Shown here: positions 48,363-58,879 of the stretch, piece by piece
Layout of the letters: each line of letters begins with the position of its first letter
Numbering within the stretch: the stretch's first letter is position 1
Source of the DNA: Actinomycetales bacterium
GTDB lineage: Bacteria; Actinomycetota; Actinomycetes; JAJZTN01
Direction of reading: 5' to 3'
Length of the DNA stretch: 64,000 bases
Assembly: GCA_051960855.1 (NCBI GenBank)
Contig: JBQCDV010000091.1
Location: forward strand, 56,347-120,346
The notes under the pieces: generated by a model
Told to the model about the DNA's origin: nothing
Seen by the model: only the letters and a program-made list of their open reading frames with translations
Databases searched by the model: none
Translations under genes and position numbers: made by a program

Positions 48363-49700
48363 ATGGGCAAGCAGGAAGACTTCGTCCTCCGGACGATCGA
48401 GGAGCGCGAAGTCCGCTTCGTGCGACTGTGGTTCACCGACGTGCTGGGCTTCCTCAAATCGGTGGCGGTCGCGCCGGCTGAGCTGGAGGCCGCCTTCAGC
48501 GAGGGCATCGGCTTCGACGGCTCGGCGATCGAAGGCTTCGCCCGGGTCTACGAGAGCGACATGCTCGCCAAGCCCGACCCGTCGACGTTCCAGATGCTGC
48601 CGTGGCGCTCCGAGGCGCCGGGGACAGCCCGGATGTTCTGCGACATCCTCATGCCCGACGGCAGCCCGAGCCCGGCCGACCCGCGCCAGGTGCTAAAGCG
48701 GACGCTGGCGGGGGCCGCCTCCATGGGCTTCACCTTCTACACCCACCCCGAGATCGAGTTCTTCCTCTTCCATCGCGACCGCAGCGCCGACGGTCGCCCG
48801 GTCCCGATCGACTACAGCGGCTACTTCGACCACACGCCGCACGGTGTCGGGCAGGACTTCCGGCGGCAGGCGATCACGATGCTCGAGTCGATGGGCATCT
48901 CGGTGGAGTTCAGCCACCACGAGGGCGCGCCTGGCCAGCAGGAGATCGACCTCCGCTACGCCGACGCGCTGTCGACCGCGGACAACATCATGACCTTCCG
49001 CCTCGTGATGAAGCAGGTCGCGCTGGAGCAGGGCGTGTGGGCGTCGTTCATGCCCAAGCCCTTCAGCGAGCACCCCGGCTCGGGGATGCACACCCACCTC
49101 TCGCTCTTCGAGGGCGACCGCAACGCGTTCCACGAGGCCGGCGCGCCCTACCAGCTGTCGAAGACCGGTCGCGCCTTTATCGCCGGCCTGCTCCGGCACG
49201 CCGCCGAGATCACCGCTGTCACCAACCAGTGGGTCAACTCCTACAAGCGGCTCTCCGGCGGCGGCGAGGCCCCCGCCTACATCTGCTGGGGCCACAACAA
49301 CCGCTCCGCGCTGGTCCGGGTGCCGATGTACAAGCCCAACAAGGAGCAGTCGACGCGCATCGAGGTGCGCTCCCCGGACTCCTCCTGCAACCCCTACCTC
49401 GCCTACGCCCTGATGCTGTCGGCCGGCCTGACCGGCATCGAGAAGGGCTACGAGCTGCCCGAGGGAGCCGAGGACGACGTGTGGGCGCTCACCGATGCCG
49501 AGCGACGGGCGCTCGGCATCACCCCGCTGCCCTCGAGCCTGTCCGACGCGATCTCGGCGATGGAGGACAGCGAGCTGGTCGCTGAGACCCTCGGCGAGCA
49601 CGTCTTCGACTTCTTTCTGCGCAACAAGCGGCAGGAGTGGGTCGACTACCGCCGCCAGGTCACCCCGTTCGAGCTCGACCGCTACCTGCCGATCCTGTGA
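48363..49700 (+). CDS. glnA2: glutamine synthetase type I, GlnA2-like
   Basis: 445-aa GS with catalytic domain motifs. Confidence 0.9.
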   Translation: MGKQEDFVLRTIEEREVRFVRLWFTDVLGFLKSVAVAPAELEAAFSEGIGFDGSAIEGFARVYESDMLAKPDPSTFQMLPWRSEAPGTARMFCDILMPDGSPSPADPRQVLKRTLAGAASMGFTFYTHPEIEFFLFHRDRSADGRPVPIDYSGYFDHTPHGVGQDFRRQAITMLESMGISVEFSHHEGAPGQQEIDLRYADALSTADNIMTFRLVMKQVALEQGVWASFMPKPFSEHPGSGMHTHLSLFEGDRNAFHEAGAPYQLSKTGRAFIAGLLRHAAEITAVTNQWVNSYKRLSGGGEAPAYICWGHNNRSALVRVPMYKPNKEQSTRIEVRSPDSSCNPYLAYALMLSAGLTGIEKGYELPEGAEDDVWALTDAERRALGITPLPSSLSDAISAMEDSELVAETLGEHVFDFFLRNKRQEWVDYRRQVTPFELDRYLPIL

Positions 49701-49719
49701 GGCTCGCGTGATGCTCCCG

Positions 49720-50457
49720 AACGACAGCCACCCCCACGACACGGGCACGAACGGCGCTGTGCGACTTCTCGTCGTCGAACACCAGCCGACCTGCACCGCC
49801 GGGACCCTCGGTGACGAGTTCAGCCACGCCGGCGCTTCGGTGACCACGGTCCGCCCCGGAGACGGCGACGAGGTGCCCTCGTCCCTCGTCGGCGTCGACG
49901 GCCTCGTCGTGCTCGGTGGCGCGATGGGCGCGAACGACGACGACCGCGCGCCGTGGCTGCCTGCCACCCGAGCCCTGCTCGCTGCCGCCGTCGACCAGGG
50001 CGCGCCGGCGCTGGGCGTGTGCCTCGGGCACCAGCTGCTGGCGGTCGCCTCCGGCGGCAGCGTCGCTCGTAACGCCGCCGGGCCGCAGGCCGGTGTCCTG
50101 CCGCTGAGCCTCACCGAGGAGGGGCGGCGCGACCCGGTGCTGGGCGTGCTCTACGACGGCAGCCGCGTCGTGCACTGGAACTTCGACACCGTGCTCGAGC
50201 TGCCACCGCACGCCACCGTCCTGGCCCGGTGCGGCAGCTCCGTGCAGGCGATGCGAGTGGGGGAGCGGGCCTGGGGGCTGCAGTTCCATCCCGAGGTGAC
50301 CGGCGAGATCGTCGCCGAATGGGCCCGGGAGGACGAGCAGAGCGGCGCCCTCCCCGACGCCCTGGGCCGGCTGCCTGAGGTGGAGAGCGCCGAGCCGGAG
50401 ATCCGGCGCGGCGCTCAGCGGCTTGCTGCGGCGTTCCTCGACGTGGTCGCGGCCTGA
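49720..50457 (+). CDS. class I glutamine amidotransferase-like protein
   Basis: GVCLGHQLL catalytic Cys motif and HPE motif. Confidence 0.75.
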   Translation, partial: NDSHPHDTGTNGAVRLLVVEHQPTCTAGTLGDEFSHAGASVTTVRPGDGDEVPSSLVGVDGLVVLGGAMGANDDDRAPWLPATRALLAAAVDQGAPALGVCLGHQLLAVASGGSVARNAAGPQAGVLPLSLTEEGRRDPVLGVLYDGSRVVHWNFDTVLELPPHATVLARCGSSVQAMRVGERAWGLQFHPEVTGEIVAEWAREDEQSGALPDALGRLPEVESAEPEIRRGAQRLAAAFLDVVAA

Positions 50458-50480
50458 GTCCAGCCCCGCCCCAGCCGTCG

Positions 50481-53400
50481 ATGTCGGACCTCGAGCGCAC
50501 CGCCACACCGCAGGCGGCGATGGCACGGTCGGGCTTCGCCGACCCCGAGGCCGCGACGCGGCTGACAGCGGAGCTGCCCGGGGAGATCTGCGAGGCGGTG
50601 CTCGACGAGGTCGTCGACGCCCCAGACCCCGACCTGGCGCTGCTGTCACTGACCCGGCTGCTCGACGCGACCGGGGCCGCCGGTGCCACGGCTGGTGCCA
50701 TGGCCGGTCCCAGAGCCGAGCGCGAGCCGCTCGTGCGGGCCCTCGCCGACGACAGCGCCGTTCGGCACCGGCTTGTCACCGTGCTGGGGATGAGCAGCGC
50801 TCTCGGGGAGGGCCTGGCGCGGCACCCGGAGCAGTGGCGGCTCCTGCAGGGTGAGCTGGCGCCGGCGCCTCCGGACACGCTCCGGCAGGAGCTGCTCGAG
50901 GCCGTCGGGGCCGACCCCCGGGCCGCCACCCCGGTCGCCGCCCCCCTCGACGGCCTGTCGGGCGCCGACGCGCTGCGCATCGCCTACCGCGGCCGCCTGC
51001 TGCGCATCGCCGCCCGCGACGTCGCCGAGGGCGCCGACGTCGAGGAAGTCGCCGCCGAGCTCGCCGACCTGGCCGCCGCCGCGTTGGAGGCGGCTCTCGC
51101 CGTGGCCCGGTCGGAGCTGCCCCCGAACGCCGCCCCGGCGCGTCTTGCCGTCATCGGCATGGGCAAGTGCGGGGGCCGGGAGCTGAACTACGTCAGCGAC
51201 GTCGACGTCGTCTTCGTCGCCGAACCCATGACGGGAGAGCTGGACAGCCGCCCCGACGCCACCGCCGCGCTCGCCACCGCCACCAAGCTGGCCAGCGCGC
51301 TGTCCCGGATCTGCTCGGCGGTCACGGCAGAGGGCACCCTGTGGCCGGTCGACGCCGCCCTGCGCCCGGAGGGCAAGGCCGGGCCCCTGGTGCGGACGCT
51401 GTCGAGCCACGTCGCCTACTACGAGCGGTGGGCGAAGACCTGGGAGTTCCAGGCGCTGCTCAAGGCGCGGCCGGTGGCGGGGGACCGCGAGCTCGGACAG
51501 GCGTACGTGGAGGCGCTGGCCCCGCTGGTGTGGCACGCCGCCGCCCGCGAGCACTTCGTCGAGGACGTGCAGGCCATGCGGCGCCGGGTCGAGGAGCACA
51601 TCCCCGCCAGCGCCGGCGACCGCGAGCTCAAGCTGGGACCCGGCGGGTTGCGCGACGTGGAGTTCAGCGTGCAGCTGCTCCAGCTCGTGCACGGCCGCAG
51701 CGACGACACCCTGCGCAGCGGCAGCACGCTGGTCGCGCTGCACGCGCTCGCGGCCGGCGGCTACGTCGGGCGCGAGGACGCCGGCACCCTCGAGCAGGCC
51801 TACCGCTTCCTGCGCACGCTCGAGCACCGCATCCAGCTCCGTCGCCTCCGGCGGACGCACACGCTGCCCGACGATGAGGCGGAGCTGCGCGTACTCGGTC
51901 GCAGCCTCGGCTGGCGGACCGCTCCGGCCGAGGAGCTCACGCGCGAGTGGCGGCGGGAGACCCGCGAGGTCCGGCGCCGCCACGAGAAGCTCTTCTACCG
52001 GCCCCTCCTGCAGGCCGTGGCGCGTCTCGACCCCGGCGAGGCGCGACTGACTCCGGAGGCGGCTGCGGCTCGCCTGCAGGCGCTGGGTTTCACCGACCCG
52101 GCCGGAGCCCTGCGCCACCTCGACGCCCTGACTGCCGGTGTCTCCCGCCGGGCCACCATCCAGCGGACCCTGCTGCCGGTCATGCTCGGCTGGTTCGCCG
52201 ACGCCCCCGACCCCGACGCCGGGCTGCTCGCCTTCCGCCAGGTCAGCGAGGCGCTCGGCACGACACCGTGGTACCTGCGGCTGCTGCGGGACGAGGGCAG
52301 TGCCGCCGAGCGGATGTCCCGGCTGCTGGCGACCAGCCGCTATGCCTCGGACCTGCTGCTGCGAGCCCCCGAAGCGGTGGCGATGCTGGGCGACGACTCC
52401 GAGCTCGTCCCTCGCTCCCGCGCCGACCTCGTGACGGAGATCGCCACCAGCGTCCGGCGTCACGACGACCCCGTGTCCGCGGCCCAGGCGGTGCGCGCCT
52501 TCCGGCGCCGCGAGCTGCTGCGGGTGGCCGTCGCCGATGTCCTCGACGACCCCGGGCTGGAACGGGTCAGCGCCGCTCTCACCGACGTCGCCGCCGCCAC
52601 CTTGACCGGTGCCCTCGAGGCAGCGACGCGGACCGTCGAGGCCGAACGGCGCGCACCGCTGCCAACGGCGTTCGCCGTCATCGGCATGGGGCGGCTCGGG
52701 GGCGCCGAGATGGGCTACGGCAGCGACGCCGACGTGCTCTTCGTCCACGACCCGCTGCCGGGAGCCGACGAGCAGGACGCGAGTGAAGCAGCCCTCGCCG
52801 TCGCCTCCGAGCTGCGCCGTCTGCTCGCACTGCCCGCGCCGGACCCACCGCTGCTCGTCGACGCCGACCTCCGCCCGGAGGGGCGGCAGGGCCCGCTCGT
52901 GCGCACCCTCGCCTCCTATGCGGCGTACTACGACCGGTGGGCCCTGGTGTGGGAGCGGCAGGCTCTGCTGCGGGCGGCCCCCAACGCCGGCGATGCGGGG
53001 CTGGGGGAGCGATTCGTCGCCCTGATCGACCCGCTGCGCTACCCGCCGGGCGGGCTGTCCCCGGCCGACGTGCGGGAGGTCCGCCGGATCAAGGCCCGCG
53101 TCGAAGCCGAGCGCCTGCCGCGCGGCGTCGACCGGCACGACCACCTCAAGCTCGGCCCCGGGGGCCTGTCGGACGTGGAGTGGACCGCGCAGCTGCTCCA
53201 GTTGCAGCACGCCGGCGACCACCCCGATCTGCGAACGACGTCCACCCTGCCGGCGCTGCGTGCCGCCGTGGCCGCCGGGCTGCTGGCCGCCGACGACGCC
53301 GCGCGGCTGGAGGAGGCCTGGCGCCTGGCCGGCCGGATCCGCAACGCCGCCGCGCTGGTGCGCGGGAAGGCCGCTGACACGCTGCCGGCCAAAGTGCGCG

Positions 53401-53522
53401 ATCAGGCCGCCGCTGCACGGGTCCTCGGCTATGGTCCGGGCACGGCTGCCGATCTCGTCGAGGACTACCGGCGGGCCGCACGGCGAGCCCGAGCGGTCGT
53501 CGAGCGGGTCTTCTACGCCTGA
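50481..53522 (+). CDS. glnE: bifunctional glutamine synthetase adenylyltransferase/deadenylase
   Basis: 1013 aa; two nucleotidyltransferase domains (GKxGGxELNYxSDVD twice). Confidence 0.95.
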   Translation: MSDLERTATPQAAMARSGFADPEAATRLTAELPGEICEAVLDEVVDAPDPDLALLSLTRLLDATGAAGATAGAMAGPRAEREPLVRALADDSAVRHRLVTVLGMSSALGEGLARHPEQWRLLQGELAPAPPDTLRQELLEAVGADPRAATPVAAPLDGLSGADALRIAYRGRLLRIAARDVAEGADVEEVAAELADLAAAALEAALAVARSELPPNAAPARLAVIGMGKCGGRELNYVSDVDVVFVAEPMTGELDSRPDATAALATATKLASALSRICSAVTAEGTLWPVDAALRPEGKAGPLVRTLSSHVAYYERWAKTWEFQALLKARPVAGDRELGQAYVEALAPLVWHAAAREHFVEDVQAMRRRVEEHIPASAGDRELKLGPGGLRDVEFSVQLLQLVHGRSDDTLRSGSTLVALHALAAGGYVGREDAGTLEQAYRFLRTLEHRIQLRRLRRTHTLPDDEAELRVLGRSLGWRTAPAEELTREWRRETREVRRRHEKLFYRPLLQAVARLDPGEARLTPEAAAARLQALGFTDPAGALRHLDALTAGVSRRATIQRTLLPVMLGWFADAPDPDAGLLAFRQVSEALGTTPWYLRLLRDEGSAAERMSRLLATSRYASDLLLRAPEAVAMLGDDSELVPRSRADLVTEIATSVRRHDDPVSAAQAVRAFRRRELLRVAVADVLDDPGLERVSAALTDVAAATLTGALEAATRTVEAERRAPLPTAFAVIGMGRLGGAEMGYGSDADVLFVHDPLPGADEQDASEAALAVASELRRLLALPAPDPPLLVDADLRPEGRQGPLVRTLASYAAYYDRWALVWERQALLRAAPNAGDAGLGERFVALIDPLRYPPGGLSPADVREVRRIKARVEAERLPRGVDRHDHLKLGPGGLSDVEWTAQLLQLQHAGDHPDLRTTSTLPALRAAVAAGLLAADDAARLEEAWRLAGRIRNAAALVRGKAADTLPAKVRDQAAAARVLGYGPGTAADLVEDYRRAARRARAVVERVFYA

Positions 53523-53556
53523 CGGAGGCTGGAGGAGCTGGAGGCTGGGAGGGGCA

Positions 53557-54984
53557 GTGGCAGCAGGGGCACGCCAGATTCGGCGCGGTCGGCGCGGCCG
53601 GCGTGGCCGGGGAGGCCGGCATCGGGCAGTCGCGGCAGCCTCTCTGTCCACGCGAGCGCTGCTACGCAGCAACGGCGAGGTCAGGGCGCTGCTCGCCGCG
53701 CAGGGCCTGTCGGAGGTCGGCGACTGGATCTCCCGCGTCAGCCTGGCGACGGTGGTGCTCGCCGCCACGCAGAGCGTGCTGCTGACGGCGGCGACGTTCG
53801 CGATCAGCTTCCTGCCCTCGGTCCTCGGGGGCGTGCTCCTCGGCGGCCTCGCCGACCGTTTCCCGCGGCGCGACGTCCTGCTCGCCTGCGACCTCATCCG
53901 GGCGCTGGCGGTCCTGTGGCTCACCGTCGCGGTCACCCGGGGCCTGGCCGTCGGGGTGCTGCTGGCGCTGCTGGCCTTCGCCGAGCTGTTCAGCGCCCCC
54001 TTCCTGGCCGCTCGCAGCGCACTGCTGCCCGACCTCGTCGACGAACCCCGGCAGTACTCCACCGCCAACTCCGCCTCGCGCGTCCTCACGATGGGCACCC
54101 AGGTCTTCGGCTTCATCGCCGCCGGGCTGGTCGTCCAGCTGCTGGGCGTGCGCACCGCTCTGCTGGTCGACGCGGCGAGCTTCGCGGTCAGCATGCTGCT
54201 GCTCACGCGGGTCCGGCGCGGCGCTGCTGTCGGACCCGACACTGCTGTCGCACCTGACACTGCTGCCGGACCCGCCACGCCGGGCGCGCGTGCTGGCCGC
54301 CTCCGCCGCTATGCCCGGGAGCTGCGCGCTGGCGCCGACATCGTCCTGCGGGACCCGGTGCGACGGTCGCTGGTGCTGCTCGGCTGGGGGAGTGCGGTCG
54401 TGCTCATCGCGCCGGAGGCCGTCGCGCTGGCCTACGCCCACGAGCGCGGCATGTCGACGTTCACCGGCAGCGTCCTGATGGCCCTGACCCCGGCTGGCGC
54501 CGCCGTCGGCGCGTGGTGCGTTGGCAGGCTGCCACCGTACGCGCAGGTGGTGCTGCTACTTCCCCTGGTCGCCGGAGCGAGCCTGCCGCTGCTGCTGACT
54601 CCGCTGGTGTCGTCCCTGGCTCCGGTCGGACTGGCTCCTAGCGACCCCGCGGCGGTCGCCGTGACTCTCGCAGTGAGCGCGCTGTGGCTGGTGAGCGGGG
54701 CCTGCCAGGGCTACATGCTGCCGCTCATCGCCACCGTCACCCTGGCCACCGCGCCCGCCCAGCGAGGGCTCGTCAACGGGCTAGCAGGGGCCGGCTTCAG
54801 CTTGGCCACCACAGCGGCCTTCCTCGTGGTGGGCCAGCTCGCGGACTCCTTCGGCGCGGCTACCAGCATCGGCGTTGGCGGCGCCGTCGGTCTCGTGCTC
54901 GCCGCGGTCGCCTGGCGGCTGTGGCCAGCCCAGGCCGTGCGCGACGGTGCCGCCACCGCCTGGGCCGCCACGTCGGCCTCCTGA
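53557..54984 (+). CDS. MFS transporter
   Basis: 12 TM; start uncertain (GTG 53557, Arg-rich leader). Confidence 0.65.
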   Translation: MAAGARQIRRGRRGRRGRGGRHRAVAAASLSTRALLRSNGEVRALLAAQGLSEVGDWISRVSLATVVLAATQSVLLTAATFAISFLPSVLGGVLLGGLADRFPRRDVLLACDLIRALAVLWLTVAVTRGLAVGVLLALLAFAELFSAPFLAARSALLPDLVDEPRQYSTANSASRVLTMGTQVFGFIAAGLVVQLLGVRTALLVDAASFAVSMLLLTRVRRGAAVGPDTAVAPDTAAGPATPGARAGRLRRYARELRAGADIVLRDPVRRSLVLLGWGSAVVLIAPEAVALAYAHERGMSTFTGSVLMALTPAGAAVGAWCVGRLPPYAQVVLLLPLVAGASLPLLLTPLVSSLAPVGLAPSDPAAVAVTLAVSALWLVSGACQGYMLPLIATVTLATAPAQRGLVNGLAGAGFSLATTAAFLVVGQLADSFGAATSIGVGGAVGLVLAAVAWRLWPAQAVRDGAATAWAATSAS

Positions 54985-55014
54985 AGGACACGTCCCAGAT
55001 GACGCGGCGACGGG

Positions 55015-55161
55015 CTACTCGCTCGCGCTGTCGTCCTTCGTGCTGTCGTCCTTCGTGCCCTGCTTCGACTCGTCCCCGCTCTGGTCGGGCCGCGCCTCCG
55101 GCGCCATCTCGTCCTCGGGCTCGAACTCCTCGCCGCTGGCGGGGCCGGAGTAGTCGCTCAT
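55015..55161 (-). CDS. small acidic hypothetical protein (48 aa, MSDYSGPASGEEFEPEDE…TKDDSTKDDSASE)
   Basis: Not in the ORF track (<60 aa); found by manual minus-strand translation; coordinates approximate. Confidence 0.3.
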   Translation of the reverse strand: MSDYSGPASGEEFEPEDEMAPEARPDQSGDESKQGTKDDSTKDDSASE

Positions 55162-55459
55162 GCTGGCGTCCTCTCGCTCTGGGTGACCACGGGTTGGACC
55201 GCAGCCGAGTCACGGACACCTTTCCCCCGAAGAGCCCTCAAGCCACCGCCGTTCGCGCCGATGTGAAGGTCGGCAGCGTGGAAGGGGCCGACGTCGAGGA
55301 CGCCGACCGAGGCTCGCGCCCCTGCCATCGGGCTGGGGGGCGTCCAGCGTCGGTTGCGGTCGCGATCGCACGCGCGACCCGAGCCCCCACCACCTCGTCG
55401 CGGGGCCACGACCTTCCGGTCGTCGGCCCCTCGACGCATGCCGGCGGACAGGGGGAGCC

Positions 55460-55960
55460 GTGACGACCCAAGCCGACGGCAGCACCGCATCCCGCGCCAC
55501 CGTGCGCTGGTGGCTGGCCTCGCTGGTCTGGGTGGCCGCGGTCGCAGTCGCCTACGCGGGACTGTTCGCGGCCCTCGGTGAGACGTTCACCATCGAGCCG
55601 ACCGCGGAAACTCTCGCGCGCGCTGACAGGGGCCGCGCTGTCGCCGGCCTGCTGGCGGTGGTCGTCGCAGCACTCGCCTTCGTCCCGGTCCTACGGCGCT
55701 GCCGGCTGCCGCGGGCGGCGGCCGCGATGGTCGCCGGACCCGGTGTCGCCGGCGCCCTGCTGTCCGCCGCCGACGAGAGCGGGATCGTCGGGCTCGCGCT
55801 GCTCGCCGTCACATCGCCGCTGGTGCTGGCCGGTGCCGTCCTGGGGGTCCTGCGCGACCAGCCCCACCCGCTTGAACGCCGCTGGCGCGTGCTCGTCGCC
55901 GTCGTCGCCTGCCTCGCCGTCGCGCTGACCGTCGGGGTGCTGTCCGTCCTCGGCGCGTGA
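55460..55960 (+). CDS. hypothetical membrane protein
   Basis: 4 hydrophobic segments. Confidence 0.4.
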   Translation: MTTQADGSTASRATVRWWLASLVWVAAVAVAYAGLFAALGETFTIEPTAETLARADRGRAVAGLLAVVVAALAFVPVLRRCRLPRAAAAMVAGPGVAGALLSAADESGIVGLALLAVTSPLVLAGAVLGVLRDQPHPLERRWRVLVAVVACLAVALTVGVLSVLGA

Positions 55961-55994
55961 GGTCCGGCCGTCGGACGCCCGGCGCTGCTCAGAC

Positions 55995-56831
55995 TCAACC
56001 CTCCGGCTGTCTGAGCTGCGCAATGAGGACGTCGACGTGGCGGAGGTCCTCGGGCGCGTAGCGCTCGGCCAGGTCCTGCCGCAGCACCTCGGCCGACCAC
56101 AGGCGCCACCCACGGGAGACGCGGTCGGCAAGCGGCGCCGCCCACGCGTCGAGCAGCGCTGCCGCCGCCCTCCGCCCTCGGACCGTCGGAATCACGGGGT
56201 CCAAGGTCAGGATCGACTCGGTCCTCGCGAGGTCGGCGACAGGCGGCCCCGCGGCAGCGTTCGCCCAGTCGATGACAGCGAGGACCTCTAGCGCCTCATC
56301 GACCAGGATGTTGCCGGGGTGAAGGTCGAGGTGCAGCAGCGAGGACGGCGCCCGCTCCGACCGCGGCGGGGCGGAGGACGCAGGGCCCAGCAGTTGGTCT
56401 AGCCGAGGCACGTCGGCCGGCACATCGACGCGGGCGAGTGCCGCGTGGAGTTCCAGGCAGCGACGCCCGAGTGTGGCGGCCTCGGCCGTCGACAGGTCCC
56501 CGTCATCGCCTAGCACCATGTCAGCGACGGATCTCCCCTGCAGTCGCGGCATCACGATCACCGACATGACCTCATCACCGCCCGGTGCGGTGACGTCGCA
56601 CCGGGCTGATACCGCGGGCACCGGCACCTGGCCGGCTGCGGCTCGCATGGCAGCCAGTTCCCGGTCGATGCGCGACGGTGCCGCCACGCGCAGCACGACC
56701 TCGTCGGCGAGCCACGTCTCTCCGGAGGCACCCGAGCTCGGGACTACCTCGGCGCGGACCCCCAGGCGGCGCGCGGCTTCGGCCGCGGCCCACTGCTGAC
56801 GAGCCGCGCGACTCGCGGCCGTTACAGACAT
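55995..56831 (-). CDS. aminoglycoside phosphotransferase (APH)-family kinase
   Basis: HLDLHPGNILV and VIDWANAAAG motifs. Confidence 0.75.
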   Translation of the reverse strand: MSVTAASRAARQQWAAAEAARRLGVRAEVVPSSGASGETWLADEVVLRVAAPSRIDRELAAMRAAAGQVPVPAVSARCDVTAPGGDEVMSVIVMPRLQGRSVADMVLGDDGDLSTAEAATLGRRCLELHAALARVDVPADVPRLDQLLGPASSAPPRSERAPSSLLHLDLHPGNILVDEALEVLAVIDWANAAAGPPVADLARTESILTLDPVIPTVRGRRAAAALLDAWAAPLADRVSRGWRLWSAEVLRQDLAERYAPEDLRHVDVLIAQLRQPEG

Positions 56832-56880
56832 CGGCTCATCGCTCCGTCACGCCGGCGACGGTAGCGGCCGGCGCGCTGCT

Positions 56881-57540
56881 GTGTGGCAGCATCGCGATGT
56901 GTCCGACGGCTACGGCAGCGACCAGCAGAGCCGGGAGCGCGATCTGGTCGCGTACTACGACGCGGAAGTCGCCGATCGCGCCCACCGCGGCCTTGCCCCG
57001 CAGCGGGAAGCGGCGCGGACGGCGTTCGTCGATCTGCTTGTCAGCGAGGGTCGCCACCACCTGCTCGAGGTCGGCTGCGGGCCCGGTCGCGACGGGCAGG
57101 CGTTTGTCGATGCTGGCCTGGGCTACGTCGGAGTGGACCTCTCGCCAGCCTCCGTCGCACACTGCCGCCGTGACGGCCTCGACTGCCGGGTCGCGAGCGC
57201 GCTGGAACTGCCGTTCGGTGACGGTGAGTTTGAGGCGGCCTGGACGATGAGCACGCTGCTCCACCTCCCGAACGCCGCTGTCGGGCGTGCTCTCGGTGAG
57301 CTGGTGCGGGTTGTCGCCCCCGGCGCGCCGATTGGCGTCGGGGTGTGGGGCGGGGATGACGTGGAGGGAGTCGACCCCTCGATGAGCGATGCCGCCTTCG
57401 GGCCGGCGCGGTTCTTCAGCCTCCGCAGCAGCCAGACGTGGCGGCGGCTGCTCGCCGAGCATGCCGACGTCGAGCGGTGGGAGCCGTGGGTCGACGCTCG
57501 CGGCGTGACCTACCAGTTCGCGGTGCTCCGGACGGGCTAA
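56881..57540 (+). CDS. class I SAM-dependent methyltransferase
   Basis: LEVGCGPGRDG motif I. Confidence 0.8.
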   Translation: MWQHRDVSDGYGSDQQSRERDLVAYYDAEVADRAHRGLAPQREAARTAFVDLLVSEGRHHLLEVGCGPGRDGQAFVDAGLGYVGVDLSPASVAHCRRDGLDCRVASALELPFGDGEFEAAWTMSTLLHLPNAAVGRALGELVRVVAPGAPIGVGVWGGDDVEGVDPSMSDAAFGPARFFSLRSSQTWRRLLAEHADVERWEPWVDARGVTYQFAVLRTG

Positions 57541-58108
57541 GAGGCAAGCTCGCGGAAGGCACTGGCCGTGGTACCGCTGCTCGGCCCCATCGAGAACAGC
57601 TACACCAAGAGGCTCGGCTGTTCCTGACCAGGCGTGAGGCTGTGGCGGCGCCTTCTGGGCTGTCACCCTCCCAGCCGCGCCCGGTGAGCATCGACATCAC
57701 GAACCAGCCCTTCACGGCGAAGTTCAGTGTGTTCTTCGAGTTCACCATGCCCGCGGTGATGACGCCCGCGGACTTCATGAGCATGACGAAGTTGTCGAAG
57801 TGGTAGTTGGTGACGACCCGGAACAGTGCGCGCTCGAGCTTTTCGTAGGCGATGGGGATGCGCTCCTCGTCGACCTTGCGAGTCTCCGGGTCGCGGCCCG
57901 AGAGCTCACTGACGATGCTCGACGCCTTGCCACGGCTGAAGCCGACGAGGCCAGCCACGCGGACGATGTCGCTGTACTCCGGGTCGTAGAGATCCTCGGC
58001 CTCGTCCTTCAGCCAGCTAATGATGAGCGTTGCGAAGTGCCTGGGCGTCGACGACCTCGACGCCCCGAACAGCAGGAGATACCCGGAGTGGGCTCGCAAT
58101 TTGACCAT
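57416..58108 (-). pseudogene. probable gene remnant; only the N-terminal about 150 aa (57660-58108) look coding
   Basis: Lower GC; C-terminal 80 aa low-complexity and overlapping the methyltransferase 3' end by 125 nt. Confidence 0.3.
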
Positions 58109-58138
58109 GCCGAGAGGTTGATTCGGCAGGCGCGAGCT

Positions 58139-58481
58139 TAGATGTCTCGCTCTTCAGGCGGCAGTAGCGCCTGCATGCGCTCGACAGCATCGGCGAGGGG
58201 CTGCAGGTCCTGGTCGATCACCGCTTGGACAATCTCGGGGTTGGTTGCGAAGGGTGGGCAACGAAGTCCCGCATGCCGGCGATCTCGCGCCACCTCATCG
58301 CCGGCTCGGCGTCGGTTGTCTCGGCGCTGAGCGCCTTCACCGCTTCAGCGATCTCGAGGAGCCGCATGGCCACGGCGTCCATCACAATCAGCCACGCTGA
58401 TCGGTCTGCTGCAGGTGTGAATGGGATCGACGTGATTGCCGCCAAAATGTCGTCGAGGGCCGTTGCGTCGGATCGGCTCAC
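58139..58481 (-). pseudogene. hepT: HepT (DUF86) toxin of a HepT/MNT TA pair, frameshifted near the C-terminus
   Basis: …IAGMRDFVAHP then, in -1 frame, FATNPEIVQAVIDQDLQPL… reconstitutes the HepT GMRNxxxHxYF motif and C-terminus; GTGA overlap with the MNT stop. Confidence 0.55.
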
Positions 58482-58879
58482 AGTGGAAGCAGGTCCTTCG
58501 CCGCCCGGGAGCGCACGCGCTCCTTCAGCCCGCTGCGGGGGACCAGGTCGACTGGCACGCCAAGGAGACCCTCCGCCTCGTGCTGGATGCCGACGATGTC
58601 GATGATGCTGGTACCCGGAGGAAAGTCGACCAGGATGTCGACGTCGCTGCCCTCGTGATCGTCGCCACGCGCAGCACTTCCGAAGATCTCCGGGTTCGTG
58701 ACGCCGTGACGGCGCAGCAGATCGAGCAGCTCGCCACGGTGGTCCGCCACACGGCGGCCGGTTGGGCCGCTGAGGGGCTTGCGGATCGGCGCCGCCATGT
58801 CGGCCAGCATGTCGCGTCGAGCCTCCCAGTGCGTCACGATGTCGGCGGCGAGCTCCTTGATCCGCATGTCGATCCGCAT
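58478..58879 (-). CDS. mntA: MNT-type minimal nucleotidyltransferase (MntA antitoxin)
   Basis: GSAARGDDHEGSDVDILVDF NTase motif. Confidence 0.8.
   Translation of the reverse strand: MRIDMRIKELAADIVTHWEARRDMLADMAAPIRKPLSGPTGRRVADHRGELLDLLRRHGVTNPEIFGSAARGDDHEGSDVDILVDFPPGTSIIDIVGIQHEAEGLLGVPVDLVPRSGLKERVRSRAAKDLLPL

Noticed and set aside
53521-53523. Apparent 1-nt disagreement between line-number indexing and ORF-track coordinates near the glnE stop
   Set aside because: Most likely my own indexing error in a line between 50.5 and 53.5 kb; ORF-track coordinates used for features downstream
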